64,000 bases of DNA. It comes from Felis catus. Lineage: Eukaryota. Both the position numbers and the translations under genes were made by a program. Under the pieces are notes generated by a model. It did not search any database, had not been told where the DNA came from, and worked only from the letters and a program-made list of their open reading frames with translations. Positions 12,555-24,240 of the stretch are shown here, in pieces. Positions within the stretch are counted from its first letter, which is position 1. Every line of letters begins with the position of its first letter. The stretch spans positions 9,424,001-9,488,000 of the forward strand of contig NC_058368.1 in the NCBI RefSeq assembly GCF_018350175.1, written 5' to 3'.

Positions 12555-12704
12555 ATCTGAAGCAGGCTCCAGGCTCTGAGCTGTCAGCACGGAGCCCCCA
12601 CGCAGGGCTCAAACTCACGAACCACGAGATCGAACTCACAAACCGTGAGATCATGACCTGAGCTGAAGTCAGAGGCTCCACCGACGGAGCCCCCCAGGCG
12701 CCCC
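12474..12704 (-). mobile_element. Can-SINE with internal 21-bp duplication
   Basis: Antisense body; tcaaactcacgaaccacgaga (12609-12629) followed by tcgaactcacaaaccgtgaga (12630-12650). Confidence 0.93.
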
Positions 12705-12790
12705 GAGAGCTTTTAAAACCTAAAGACTTGCGCACCGTCTACGGGCCAGCCACTCCTTTGGGGATCTGGGGGTCATGGCCGACGGTGTGT

Positions 12791-12823
12791 GGCATTACCA
12801 GATATGACCAGCAGAGGGCGGCT
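12791..12823 (+). promoter_or_regulatory. Extended CTCF motif (core plus upstream module)
   Basis: Core ccagcagagggcgg (12808-12821) fits CCASYAGRKGGCRS at all positions; ggcattacc (TGCAGTNCC-like) lies 5 nt before tgacc. Confidence 0.65.
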
Positions 12824-13442
12824 CCTCCTTGTTTAAGGCAGAAAGCCTCGCACCCGGAGCTGCTATTTTCCCAGAGAAGGCAGACTTGGGGGGGAGCTTG
12901 CCTGAGCAAGCACCACGAATTGTAAATAAGCCTCCTCCTGGCCTCTGCCTCTGCTGAAAGGGCAAGAAAGGGCTGGTGAAGAAACAACCCCCTTGCCAGG
13001 GGCCTCGGCACACGTAGTCATTCATTCATTATGCAGCCCTTGCGGAGTGCTCCCTGAGATTTGGGGAGGGGGGTTGAAGACAAATGAGACTCCTCTCGAG
13101 TTCGGTGTTGGTGGGGAGAGGCTCACGGACGGAGCAAAGGGAGCCCAGAGGCTGGTCAAACAGGAGAGTCAGACGGCACTTGGAGAGCATGCGAATCCAG
13201 GGTGAGCCGTGACTTGGGGAAGACCCTAGCGGTCCTCTTCCCAGGACCCCCCCCCCCAACAGTCTCTCTGCCCACCCCTTCCCCCAGATTTCTGTTTTTC
13301 CCTCCACCCCAATGTCCTCGGGTGGGGATATGCGAGTTACCCTTCGTTCTTCTCTCCTTCTGTCCTGTGCCTTCCTTTCCCACTGGGAGGGCGTTTGCCA
13401 TAATTCTGCTTTTCTTCTTCTTCTTCCTCTTCTTCTTCTAAG

Positions 13443-13662
13443 TTTTTTTTTTTTTTAACATTTATTTATTTTTTAGAGACACAGAGAGACAGAGCATGAG
13501 CCGGGGAGGGGCAGAGAGAGAGGGAGACACAGAATCCGAAGCCGGCTCCAGGCTCCGAGGCATCAGCCCAGAGCCCGACGCGGGGGCTCGAACTCACGAA
13601 CCGCGAGATCCGGACCTGAGCCGAAGTCGGGCGCCTAACCGACTGAGCCACCCAGGCGCCCC
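13443..13662 (-). mobile_element. Can-SINE, CpG-retaining, at the CpG-island edge
   Basis: Full antisense body; preceded by (CTT)n; TSD-like tctgcttttct / tctgcttctct. Confidence 0.95.
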
Positions 13663-14350
13663 TCTGCTTCTCTGCGCGGAGCTGGTCGGCGCACTGCGCG
13701 GCTGTCACCGGGCCGACGCCGGCAGTTTTGCCGCTAGGCTTCCGCGTGTGCTCTTCAACCCACCGGGGCCTCCCGCGGGTCCCCAGAGTCCCCGAGGGTC
13801 CCTGCCTCTGCCGGCCGCCTGGGCTGAGCGGGTCACTTCTTTTCATTTCATCACGCTTTGCGCAGGTCCCGGTTGAGGCGCATGGCCTTGTGGTTCCCCG
13901 GGGCCACGCTCGTATCCTGGAGAAGTAACTGGCCCTCATCTTCCCGCCGAAGCCGAAAGCCAGACTCACCTGCCGCTTCATTGGGACCGTCTGCACCGCC
14001 TCCCCGCGAAGCCCCAGCGGCAGAGCAGCGAAGGCTTTCTTCCCTTTGAGAGGCAGCCCCCGACTGGCGGTCCTTCTCTTCTACCCCGCGGACACAGCAC
14101 GGGACCAAACCATGCGCGACACCGGCCTGCACTGCCTGCCCAGGGGCGGTGGCCCCAGCCCCTGCGCTTTGCGCCTCTGGAGTCCTCCCGCCGCCAGGGT
14201 GCTCTCCCCATCGCAAGACCGGGGGCCCGTGTCCCGAAGGCATCCCTGGAAAACTGGGACTGTTGTGGCCAAACAGGTTAATTCACTCCCTCGAATCACC
14301 TGAATCCGAGTGATGTGGCTGTCCCCGGGCCTTTCCCGGCTCCAGATCCT
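13500..14350. promoter_or_regulatory. CpG island (candidate promoter)
   Basis: Visibly high GC and dense CpG in unique sequence at 13663-14350; CpG-rich shoulder to about 14950; consensus minus-strand donor at 13969. Confidence 0.65.
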
Positions 14351-14944
14351 TGGGCTTGCCTTACCATGCAATTCCCTACCCGGTGGGTTGTTTCTTCAAT
14401 ATTTTAGGTCGACTCGTCCTCTTTAAAAGGAAAAAAAAAAAAAAAAACTGGAAGAGCGAGAGAAAATAGGAAATACCAGGGTTGTTATGAAGCCAGAAAT
14501 CTAAATATGGCTCCTCTAAAGAGCAGCAGAACTCAGTTGTGGTTTCTCTGTATCTTGAAAATGCCGCAGCTAATGACCAAAAACAGGCCCGCTTCGTCTA
14601 GGCTGGTGACCAGCGGCCGGGCACCGGTGGCATGGTAACCAGGGTCGCACAGCCTCCGAAGGACCTCACTGCTGCAACCAGATGCTTGTGTCAGCCACTC
14701 CTTCCGGCCAGAACCGGCGAGGAGCAGGGTCCCCGCAGCGTCCTGGGTTCCTCGGGGGGCCTTGGCTTCCTCAGCATCAGCAGAGAGCACTGGGGGCAGA
14801 AGGTCAACCAGCGAGAATATTCTGGAACAGCGATCGCCAGTGCTTCGGCTGATTGCCCCAGGAAGCCGGTCGCCACCCCCCTTCCGCCCTTGTCGGGAAA
14901 AATCCCCCCCGCGCTTCCAGATGCCATTTACCCTGCGAACTGCT

Positions 14945-15135
14945 CAGTACGTGTCTCATTTTATGGAACCTCCCCAACTCTGTACGCGTCCCCATTTTAC
15001 AACCAAGGAAGTGGTGGCTTCGAGAGGTTAAGTAACTTCCCCAAATTTGCAAGGCTAGTCAGTTGCAGAAGCTGAATTTAAACCCAGACGCAACTGTCTC
15101 CCAGACCCCAGCTGTCGTCTTAACCGCTACACTGG
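14945..15135 (-). mobile_element. MIR
   Basis: 'cccattttacaaccaaggaagtggtggcttcgagaggttaagtaacttccccaa...gctgaatttaaacccag'. Confidence 0.8.
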
Positions 15136-15314
15136 GCTGCTCCGGCTGTAAGACCATGCAGTAAAAACAATCGAGAGCTCGGCCGGAGGGTTATCAAGCC
15201 TTACAGCGGCTCCCGAAGGGAGACACCAAACCATTTTCTAAGACATGGTTCAGCCCCTGGGAGCAGGCCTCGGGCACATTTGCCCTTCCAGCTAGCACCC
15301 CCCCCCCAAAAGCA

Positions 15315-16750
15315 AACGTTTAATTGAGCACCTACTGTATGCCATCACCAGCAGCGAACAAGAACAAGGCCTTACTCTGGTGAGCTTAGGTTCCAGCAGG
15401 AGAGGAGCAGAGAATAAGTTAGTGAATAAATGAGCAAGACAGATCTCGTAAGTGTGAAATGTCATGAGAGCAGGGTGGCGTGTTGGCACGGGGCACGGTG
15501 GGGCCACCTTGGGTTGGGGGGGGCGCGGTGGCGCCTTTCTGGGGAAGCGATTTACTGTTCAGAACGTGACTCAAGAAGGGTCAGCTGGTGGGGCGCCTGG
15601 GTGGCGCAGTCGGTTAAGCGTCCGACTTCAGCCAGGTCACGATCTCGCGGTCCGTGAGTTCGAGCCCCGCGTCGGGCTCTGGGCTGACGGCTCGGAGCCT
15701 GGAGCCTGTTTCCGATTCTGTGTCTCCCTCTCTCTCTGCCCCTCCCCCGTTCATGCTCTGTCTCTCTCTGTCCCAAAAATAAATAAACGTTGAAAAAAAA
15801 AAAAAAAAAAAAAGAAGGGTCAGCTGGTTCCCACCTGGAGGCGGGTCCTCTCCAGCCAAAGGACCAGCCAAGACCCCCAAGAGGGAACAGGCTTGAAACT
15901 GGGGATCAGCGGGGTCTGATTTGAGTTTTTAGGAGGCCACGCTGGCTGCCTTCTGGATGAGGGGCCACAGAGAGGCAGGACAGGAATCCAGAGGCCAGTG
16001 GTACCGTGGACAGCAGCGCGGCCGGAGCAAACGGGCCCTGTCCTCGCAGCTTGTCGGGGAAATGCTCTCCCCTCTCAAGCCGCCACACATGGGGCTTCCA
16101 CTCCAGGCCCATCAGAGAACCAAGGGGAGGGCCCTGCTGGCCCCTCCACCCAAGGGGAGCACTGATGAGACCGGGAAGAAGGGACAGTGGCCCCGCACAA
16201 CTTCGTCCTCGCTTTCCCCCCCTCACGCCTCCTGGTCTCCCTCTAGGACATCTCTGTCCTCAGAGAGGGAACATCCTGCTCAGTTCTCATCCTTCCCAGG
16301 ACAGACTCTGCCCCCGGGGGTGAGGCCACACAGAGGGCTGTGCCGGGGACCCGGGTCCGAGCCAGTGCTAATTCAGGAGAGAAGCTGGTTCAAGCCTGTT
16401 CTCCGGCCCAGCCAATGGTCCGGCTCCTCGGCCTGACACTGTCTGGAGAGCAAGACAGAGGGTCCCTAAACACTCACCAGAACGGACACACACAGAGCAG
16501 CCCTGGAGGCAGAGCCAGCCAGGCCCGGCTGATTGGTTCTTGGCTGTGAGGGAGGGCGAGGGAGGGGCTTAAGGGTGAGGTTGAGGTTCTAACCTAAACA
16601 GGTGAGTAGATGAGTCTTGGGGCAGTGGAGTGGGGGGCACCCGTTTGGAGAAGTCAAGAGTTCTGTTTATTTGTGTGGTGCCTGTCGACCTCCAAGTGGA
16701 GAGGTCAAGGGAGCAGCTGGAGCAAATCCTCAAGGAGACGTGGCTGAGGA
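15315..16750 (-). mobile_element. L2 LINE, fragmented (hosts a young SINE)
   Basis: Antisense L2 3' end 'tttaattgagcacctactgtatgcca', then 'tctgatttgagtttttaggaggccacgctggctgc' and 'gtcgacctccaagtggagaggtcaagggagcagctgga'. Confidence 0.6.
15590..15811 (+). mobile_element. Young SINEC_Fc with perfect 17-bp TSD
   Basis: TSD aagaagggtcagctggt at 15573-15589 and 15812-15828; pure poly-A; diagnostic 'gtggcgcagtcggttaagcgtccgacttcagccaggtcacgatctcgcggtccgtgag'. Confidence 0.98.
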
Positions 16751-17094
16751 CTGCCAGCCGTCCCCCCCAGCCCCACCCGCAGTGTCCCAGAGGTCATGGG
16801 TGACTCCTTCCCCCCACCACTGCCACTGCGGTCCTTTCTGCCCTTGGCTGTCTCTCCCTTGTGACAGCAACGAGTTACACAAGGGCACAGTGCAACTCCA
16901 AACTGCTTTCTCCCTTGAAGCCTAATTAAAAAGTAATTAATTTTTTTTAAAAGCCATTGGCTCTGTGATACGGGAGCCAACCTGATTAAGGGACACTGAG
17001 CCCAGCAAAGGCTGGCTGTGTTGTAATGGGTCTTCTTCCTGTCGTTCCTCTGGGGACACACCCTTAATGATGCGGTAAGAAAGCGGGAGGACAT

Positions 17095-17330
17095 TCATTT
17101 GAGCATTTACAGTGAGTCAAGTCAGGCCCTATGCCAACCATCTCATTTGTTTTCTCTCATCTTCCCAGAGACCCTGGGAGGTGGGTAATACTCTCGCCCT
17201 CATTCCACAGATGAGGGAATTGAGGGATATTAGCGAGTAACTAGCTTAACAGCACACAGATAATAAGGGACACGGGTGGGATTCAGACCCAAGTCTGTTG
17301 ACCCCAACGTCATTGCTCCCAACCCTACGG
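17095..17330 (-). mobile_element. MIR
   Basis: 'cccctcattccacagatgagggaattgaggg...gggattcagacccaagtctgttgacccca'. Confidence 0.8.
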
Positions 17331-17771
17331 TCCACAGCATGCCAGTCTTCCCGCTCAGATCTAAGCACCCCAAGGCCTCTGGAGCATCCCCAGAACAAAG
17401 AGGTCTTGCCTCAATATCTGTTCCCAGTCAAGGAGCCTTCTTAGCTGAGGCAACCCCACCCCTGCCATCAGCACGTAGAGAAATCAGTCTTCCGATGTGT
17501 AGGTTTCTGATCCGACAAGGCAACGTGTCTAGCCTGGCTGCTCAGCTCCCAGGCTCCTGCCTTCATCTTGCCCTGTCCGTGATTCCAGAAGGTGGGAGAA
17601 GCTGGGAAGGCAGTGTGGGGAAACCTAGGAGGGTGAGAGCGGGGCCTCGGGCACCGCCCCAGCCGCACACACTCTTTCCAGAGCCCAAGTGGGTGCTGAC
17701 ATAAAGACCAAAGCTGGGAAGGGGAGGCGGGGCTCCCACCAGAATCCGTAATCCAGCGCTGTCTGAAGACC

Positions 17772-17945
17772 CATAATCTCACTGGTGAGACTGAGCCCAA
17801 AGTCGGGCTCTTCGTCGACGGTGAGGAGGCTGCTTGGGATTCTCTCTCTGTCCCTCCCCCACTCACGCTTACACGCGCACGTGCATGCGTGTGCACACGC
17901 GCTCTCTCTCACTCTCCCGAATATAAATACGCTTGAAAACAGTTT
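17772..17945 (+). mobile_element. 5'-truncated Can-SINE
   Basis: 'tgcttgggattctctctc', RY tract and A-rich tail; head missing. Confidence 0.8.
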
Positions 17946-18039
17946 AAAACAGAATGCTCCCCAAATCTTGACATTTTCCAAGGATCAGACCTGGGGCGGG
18001 GGTCCCCTCATCGCCACCCGCTTTCCTTGGACAGTCTCA

Positions 18040-18560
18040 CCTTCACACAGCCCTCCCCCCGCCACGTGCTGTCTCCCCCCCACATCTGCATCTGTAGTCC
18101 CCGTTCGCGTCCCAATGTCCAGGCACGGCTCTCAGCTCTCTGTCGGACGTCTCCATCCACACCCCCTCCAGTCACCTTCAACCCAACAGACCCCAACTGA
18201 TGAGACGCGCTGCCCATGACCTTTCTCACCTTTTCCTGGTTAATGGCCGCTCTATCTAGCTGGTCTTCTGAAACCCAGGGGTCTCCCTGACTCTCCCACC
18301 TCACCCGTTCCCTAAATCCCACCAGAGACCAGATCCCATTTATTCCACCTCCTGAGTACTTCTCACATCCGTCCCTCTTTTCCTGCCTTCGGGCAGACTC
18401 TTACTGGTTTCCCTGTGGATTACTGAGGCAGCTTACAACTGGCCGCAGGTTTCAGTCTTGCTTCCTCCAAAATAGCTCCCCGCCGCCCACACCGTGACCT
18501 TAGAATACAAGCCTGGCCCCGTGGCTTTGCTGTGGAGCACAAGGTCCTTCTACACTCAGA
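18040..18560 (+). mobile_element. L2 fragment (continues at about 19460-19770)
   Basis: Pyrimidine-rich 'ctccctgactctcccacctcacccgttccctaaatccc...ttccacctcctgagtacttctcacatcc'. Confidence 0.55.
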
Positions 18561-18618
18561 CTCGGGATCTGGTATTTCTCTTATTCTGGCCATAATGGTC
18601 ACATTCACAGAACTCCAA

Positions 18619-19432
18619 TGTGATAGTGTGATTTATAAGAAGAAATGTACATTTCGCCTTTGCCCGTTCCTGACGGAATTCTCAGACCTTCGGAATTCCT
18701 AAGCGATCAGAGTGACGAAGGCCGTCTTTCGCCGTGCTGACGACGTGACTTCGGAAAGCCCGGGGGTCAACCAAGGATGGAGGCTGGTCCTCAGAGGAAC
18801 CGACCTTGTCACTAGAGTGTTGGGAACTTTCGGTCCCACGCTCCACTCCTGGTAAGGGCAGAGGGGCTGGAGGTTGACTCCATCACCAAGGGCCAATGAT
18901 CAACTATGCCTGTCAGTGATTTAATGGAAAATGCTTATGTAATGAAACCTCCATAAAAACTCAAATGGACAGGTTTGGAGAGCTTCCATGTTGGGGACCA
19001 GGATGCATCCACATGCTGCCATCCCAAGGCCCCAAACTCCACTTTGTTCAGGATCCCCTGTGTGTGTCATCATCTGTCTTAATTCGTACCCTTTATTTTC
19101 CTTTCTAATAACCCAGTGATCTAGTGACTTAACCAGTTGCCTGAGTTCTGTGAGACACGCCAGAAAATCAACTGAACCCCACGGCGGGGAGGGGGCGGTC
19201 CAAGGAACCTCTGATTGATAACCAGTTAATCAGAAGCACAAGTAACAACCTGAATTTGTGACTGGTCTCTGCGGGGGGGGGGGGGGGGCGTCTTCTGGGA
19301 CTGAGCCCAGAACCTGTAGGGCCAGATGTCATCTCTAGGTAGATGGTGTCAGGACCGAGTGGAACATGGCTGGGGGAGAATTGCTTGGTGAGGGGAAAAC
19401 CCCCCGCGCACACGCTGGAATTGGCGTCAGAA
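18619..19432 (+). mobile_element. Solo LTR, MER21-like (ERVL class)
   Basis: Starts tgtgatagtgtg; 'gaggggctggaggttga', 'gccaatgat', 'gtaatgaaacctccataaaaact', 'ctgagttctgtgag'; ends tggcgtcagaa. Confidence 0.8.
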
Positions 19433-21728
19433 TCTTGTGCAAACATCTCTCCGGCCTCCCGGCTCTTCCTGTGTTTCCTTCTGTCTGCAGTGCTCACAGC
19501 GGCAAGGATGCCTGCCCATCCTTCCAGACCCATCCAGCACACACGCCCTGCCCCGACAGCGTCCAAGCCAGCTGGACCCCGTCTTTGCAGCGCTCCCAGA
19601 GCAACTTGGATGTAATTCCAGTACATCCCGTGCTGCACAGTATTCGAAGAATTCACTTCTACGTCTGCTTCTCTGCTGGGCTCGCCAGAAGCAGGGACGG
19701 TCTCCTCCTCACCGTCTCCAGGGCCTGTGACCGTGCTTGACTTTGTAAGGACTTAATTGTTTCCCGAAATCAATCTGCGAAACTCTTAGAGTCCTAAAAC
19801 ATTTAGAGCTGGAAGGGCAGGCCGCAGGACACCTCGTCAAACACCCTCCTTGTCACCCAAAAAAGCTGCGAGCCTGAGCTGTAGGTGGCTGGACGTAGCT
19901 CACTGCTGCTACAGCTGGGCCTACCTTTTGCCCCCCCGTCTGTAAAACCTGGGGTGCGGATCCGACAGGGGGCGTGCCTGGCACCTCCGGGCTCGTGCCC
20001 ACCGCACACGTGAGCATCTCCCAGTCGCGGAGCTCCTTGGATTTCCGGGAAGAGCAGGGATCCGTCACCACCTCTCCCCTTCTCGTCCGCGTCCCGGGTT
20101 GCACGCACACCGGGCTCCAGCTGGCCTCTGACTTCTGGCCTGGCCTGGTTGCTTTCACACCCTTGCTTCTTAGCGGGCGGCCGGCCGGCGTGTGCAACGA
20201 AGCCCGCGCTCACGCGTGAGACCTTCCGCCGGGCGCGGGGGCATCTCCAGGACGGACGTTCCTTTTGATCATTGTTTTATACCCTCTCGGCCTTATCAGG
20301 GTTATTAAGCCGTTTGGTATCCCAGGAAACCTGAGAGCAGCTCCCCGATGCTTTAACCCCCAAAGAGGCAGTTCCGAGGGAAGAAGAGGGCAATCCTCAC
20401 CACGTGCCACCGTCACGGGCTTAGCCTCTCAAGGGACTTTTCTGCACGCGACTGGGTCATCTCCAGGTAGTGCTTGGGCTTTGGCAGGAGAGAAGGGAAG
20501 GACTAAGGAGGGCGCCGGCTATGTAAGAATAGACCCCTTTCCCTAGCCGTGAAAATAGATGTCTGTGGTCTGAAACCTATTTTCCTGCCGCGTGCTTCTG
20601 CAGGAACATCTGCGTGTTTTCCTCCGTCGGCCCAGATTCAGGTTAATCTTGAAGTTGCTCAGCCAAAGAGCCGGGAGGTACAGTCAGTGATTTTTTGACA
20701 TGTTCAGAGAAGCCCCCCACCCCCCTTTCCGGAGGTCAACGTCGGCCCACCGCCTTGGCTCAGAGCCACAGAGGTGCTACCTCCCAGGCCAGATGCTCGC
20801 AAAGCCCTCCTCTGCCGTAGCAGCCTCTTTCTGTGGCTTCTTTTGAAAGCTCGCCCTTGAATTCGGGTTCAGGATTCCTGGAAATCCCTAGAGAGAGAAC
20901 ATCAGAAGTTAGGGTTTTGTAGGGCCCCCATTCATAAAACACTGGGCCGTTTCCATGGGGGGCCTTGTTCCTCACGCGAGAAGAAACAAAGGAAGCTGCC
21001 AAGAGACATGTGTCTCCACGAGTCACATCCCCCCGGAGGACAGTGGGGCTCTTGCTGCCCCCCCGAGGTCTGTACGCACGCAGAGGGGAAGGGAAAGGAT
21101 GTTCTCAGCCTCAGGGTAAGCAGGGCCTGTGATACACAGGCGTGTTCTTCAGGCCAGAGAGGAGCCCTGGGAACTATTTGCCGCGTTGAAGTGTGTCGTC
21201 GGCAAGGAGGTGCTCGGTGAGCAGCGGTTCCCCCCAACGCGGCACCGCAGCAGGGACAAAGCTTGGCGTCACATGCCCTCTGGGGGGGGCTCCCAGCTGC
21301 GGTGCCGCGCACAAGGTCCCCGCCCGACAGAAGGTCCCCGCAAGATTTCTCATGCCGCCACACTCCGTGGCCCGGTCCGTGGGGCTCAGGTGTCTCCCTG
21401 GCTTTGGTTCCCCACCCCCATATTTTCCAGGACCCGGGAGGGCTTCACGCCATTACTTCTGGGGTGTCCCTGCTCACTTCGAGCCCTCCGGGTGGCCTGC
21501 GGTCCTTCCTTCTCCGCTTAGGCTTCCTTCCTGTGGTTTCTGAGGCTGTTGTCCCTAGGCTACGACCGAATGTCAAGGGCACAGGCCCTTGATGCCCCTG
21601 TGGAGGGCACTGACCCCCATTAGCAGAGGAAGCTGTATCCTTGTTGATGCGTGCACGAAAACCTCATCACACCCAGAGCCAACTGCCTAGAGTTGGCTCA
21701 CCTTCCCCACCATTCCTTGTAGCTTGTC

Positions 21729-21952
21729 TTTTTTGAACGTTTATTTATTTATTTATTTTGAGGGAGGAGAGAGAGCGAGCGCACCCGTGAGTGGGGAAGG
21801 GGCAGAGAGAGAGGGAGAGAGAGAATCCCAAGCAGGTGCCAAGCTGTCAGTGTGGAGCCCAATGTGGGGCTCCCAGTCACGAACCGTGGGATCATGACCT
21901 GAGCCGAAATCAAGAGTTGGAGGCTTAACCGACTGAGCCACCCAGGCGCCCC
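21729..21952 (-). mobile_element. Can-SINE
   Basis: Full antisense body; TSD-like tagcttgt on both sides. Confidence 0.95.
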
Positions 21953-22519
21953 ATAGCTTGTTTTCCTATTTGTGCCTTCTCTACCCTTCACCCTCCTCCC
22001 GACGAAGGCTCTGCCCTGGCCCTAAGGTGTGTAAGGGGGGCAAGTGTGGCCAGGGGACGCTGGAGCAGCACAAACTTTTCCCCCCTGGGGTGCTGGAGAG
22101 CCACCTCAGGCCCTCCTGGCGGGGCAGGTCTCCTGACGGTGCTAGATCCCCGCTTGGATGCTGCTTCGGGCTCAGGGGTGGGCTAAACGTCAGGGCAATC
22201 TGCCGTGTCAATTTCTTGGTAGTAACAATCTGTTTTTACATGTTTTTGTGGGTCTTTCTGTACAGAATAGCAACCTCAACTCGCCTAATTAAAACTACTT
22301 TCTCAGAGCTCCCTGTTTTACCCCAAACCCAGAGGAAATAAGGCTAAGCCATGGAGCACACTTACGAGCACCATCCCGGCTGACCCCAGATGAGCAGAAA
22401 GTACCCGGCAGTCTCGGCAGAGGTGAAGTGATGGGCTCTTCCCTGCCTTTGGATGATGATGAGGGTCAGGGGGCGCTGGATGAGACACGAAAGCTCAGGG
22501 GTCCTGCCCCGGCTGTGCT

Positions 22520-22645
22520 GTTGGAATCCTCCAGAAAAGTACGGATACCTGGGTCCTCCCGCAAAGATTCTGATTCCATTGGTCTGCAGTGTCGCCTGGG
22601 CACTGGTGTTTTTTAAATCCCCCTCGGTGATTCCGAACTTCCGCT
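22520..22645. mobile_element. MER5-like hAT MITE fragment
   Basis: 'agattctgattccattggtctgcagtgtcgcctgggcactggtgttttttaaatccccctcggtgattc'. Confidence 0.65.
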
Positions 22646-22910
22646 GCATCTCCTCCCAATAGCTCCTTCCAGCCCACCTTTATTCTGGCATCTTCTAGCT
22701 CCAGGGAGAAGGCTTGGGTGATTCATCGCCAAGCAAAACCATTCACTACCCCTTAATAAGATGAATTTGTGTCACCAACAATAAGTCATCCTGTCTCTGG
22801 CCCTCTTCCGCTCCTGAAAAATCTCCATGTGCCATCGCTTCCTTCCCTTCAAACTGATATTCTGATAAGTCTCCATTTTTTTTAAAGGCATCCTGGTCAT
22901 CAGAATGGGT

Positions 22911-22911
<1 letters not shown>

Positions 22912-22943
<32 letters not shown>
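22912..22943. repeat. (GT)n microsatellite
   Basis: About 16 GT units. Confidence 0.95.
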
Positions 22944-22946
<3 letters not shown>

Positions 22947-23166
22947 GGGAGTGGGGAGGCTGCTATTGGGGAGAGAATGAATAGCCAATAAATTATATTT
23001 TGCAGAACTGAAGCTGCTGGTCCAGGTCCTCCCTCTGGGCAGGACAGCCCCCCGGGGCCAGGGACAGAGTGTGGGCACTGGTGTTTGTAAAGTCCAGGGA
23101 AGGCACTGCTTCGACTCTTAAGAAATTGCCATTTGTGATGGGGCAACCCGAGTGCCTTTTCTTTCG

Positions 23167-23444
23167 TTTTTTTTTTTTAATTTTTTTTTAACATTTATTT
23201 ATTTTTGAAGGACAGAGAGAGACAGAGTACTAGTTGGGGAGGGGCAGAGAGAAAGGGAGACACAGAATCCGAAGCAGGACCCAGGCTCTGAGTTGTCAGC
23301 ACAGAGCCCGATGCGGGGCTCAAACCCATGAACCGATGCAGGGTTTGAACCCAGGAACCGATGCAGGGTTTGAACCCAGGAACCGTGAGATCGTGACCCG
23401 AGCCGAAGTCGGACGCCGAACCAACTGAGCCACCCAGGCACCCC
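23167..23444 (-). mobile_element. Can-SINE with triplicated 25-bp B-box segment
   Basis: Units at 23308-23332, 23333-23357 and 23358-23382. Confidence 0.95.
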
Positions 23445-23542
23445 AGGAGTACCTTCTCATTAGGGCCATGTACCTCCACCCAGCTATAAAGCTATTTCCC
23501 TTTGTTTTGTGTTCGATGTCGATTAAAAACAATTATAACACC

Positions 23543-23974
23543 CGTTATGGAGTGGATTATGTCCCTTCCAAACAGATACGTTCAAGTCCTAACCCTCAGT
23601 GCTTCTGAATGTGACCTCATTTGGCAATAGGATCGTTACGAATGTAATTAGCTCAGTTAAGATATGGTCACGGGAGCAGTGTGATATGACTGTGTCCTCA
23701 TGAGAAGATGGCCCTGTGAAGACAGACACACGTGGGGAGATGTCAGGTCAAGATGGAGGCTAGAAGCCAAGAAGCACCAAGGATTTCTGGCAACACCAGA
23801 AGCTAAGAGAGAGAGAGGCATGGGCACATTCTCCCCTGGAGCCGTTGAGGGAGCCTGGCCCTGCAGACATCCTGATTTGGGTCCTCCAGCCTCCAGAACT
23901 GTAAGAGCATAAATGCCTCTTGTCGGCCGGCCAGCTTGTAGCACTTGTTACAGCGGCCCTGAGAGACTCACGCA
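23543..23974 (+). mobile_element. MLT1C-like solo LTR (MaLR)
   Basis: 'gttcaagtcctaaccctcagtgcttctgaatgtgacctcatttgg', 'caacaccagaagctaagaga', 'cagcctccagaactgtaaga'. Confidence 0.85.
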
Positions 23975-24029
23975 AACCAAGCTATAAAGCCCACGTTTGT
24001 CTAAAAGAGGCGATAGACCGAGAGAGCTG

Positions 24030-24240
24030 AGATCACGGGCGTCAGCGTCCAGGAGCCCCGGGTCCCACTCCCTCCTACGACGAGCTGTGTGACCTGGGTA
24101 AATCATTTAACAGCTCTGAGCCTCGGTTTCCTCATCTGTATACTGGCGAGGCTAACACCCAATTTCCCGGAACCCTTAGGAAACTTGAAACAGATTGGGA
24201 AGAAGAGGTGCTTACCCGGGGCCCAGCAGCTGCCAGCACC
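24030..24240 (+). mobile_element. MIR
   Basis: 'agctgtgtgacctgggtaaatcatttaacagctctgagcctcggtttcctcatctgta'. Confidence 0.85.

Noticed and set aside
13970..13981. MKRQ start resembling KCNK3/KCNK9 N-termini
   Set aside because: Only four residues; those genes continue NVRTL in the same exon, which is absent here
20228..20238. gccgggcgcgg matching the 7SL RNA 5' end
   Set aside because: 11 bp in GC-rich context, no continuation or TSD
24164..24172. Perfect STAT GAS motif TTCCCGGAA (also 20043-20051 reversed)
   Set aside because: A 9-mer of this kind is roughly expected by chance in 64 kb, and this one lies in a decayed MIR
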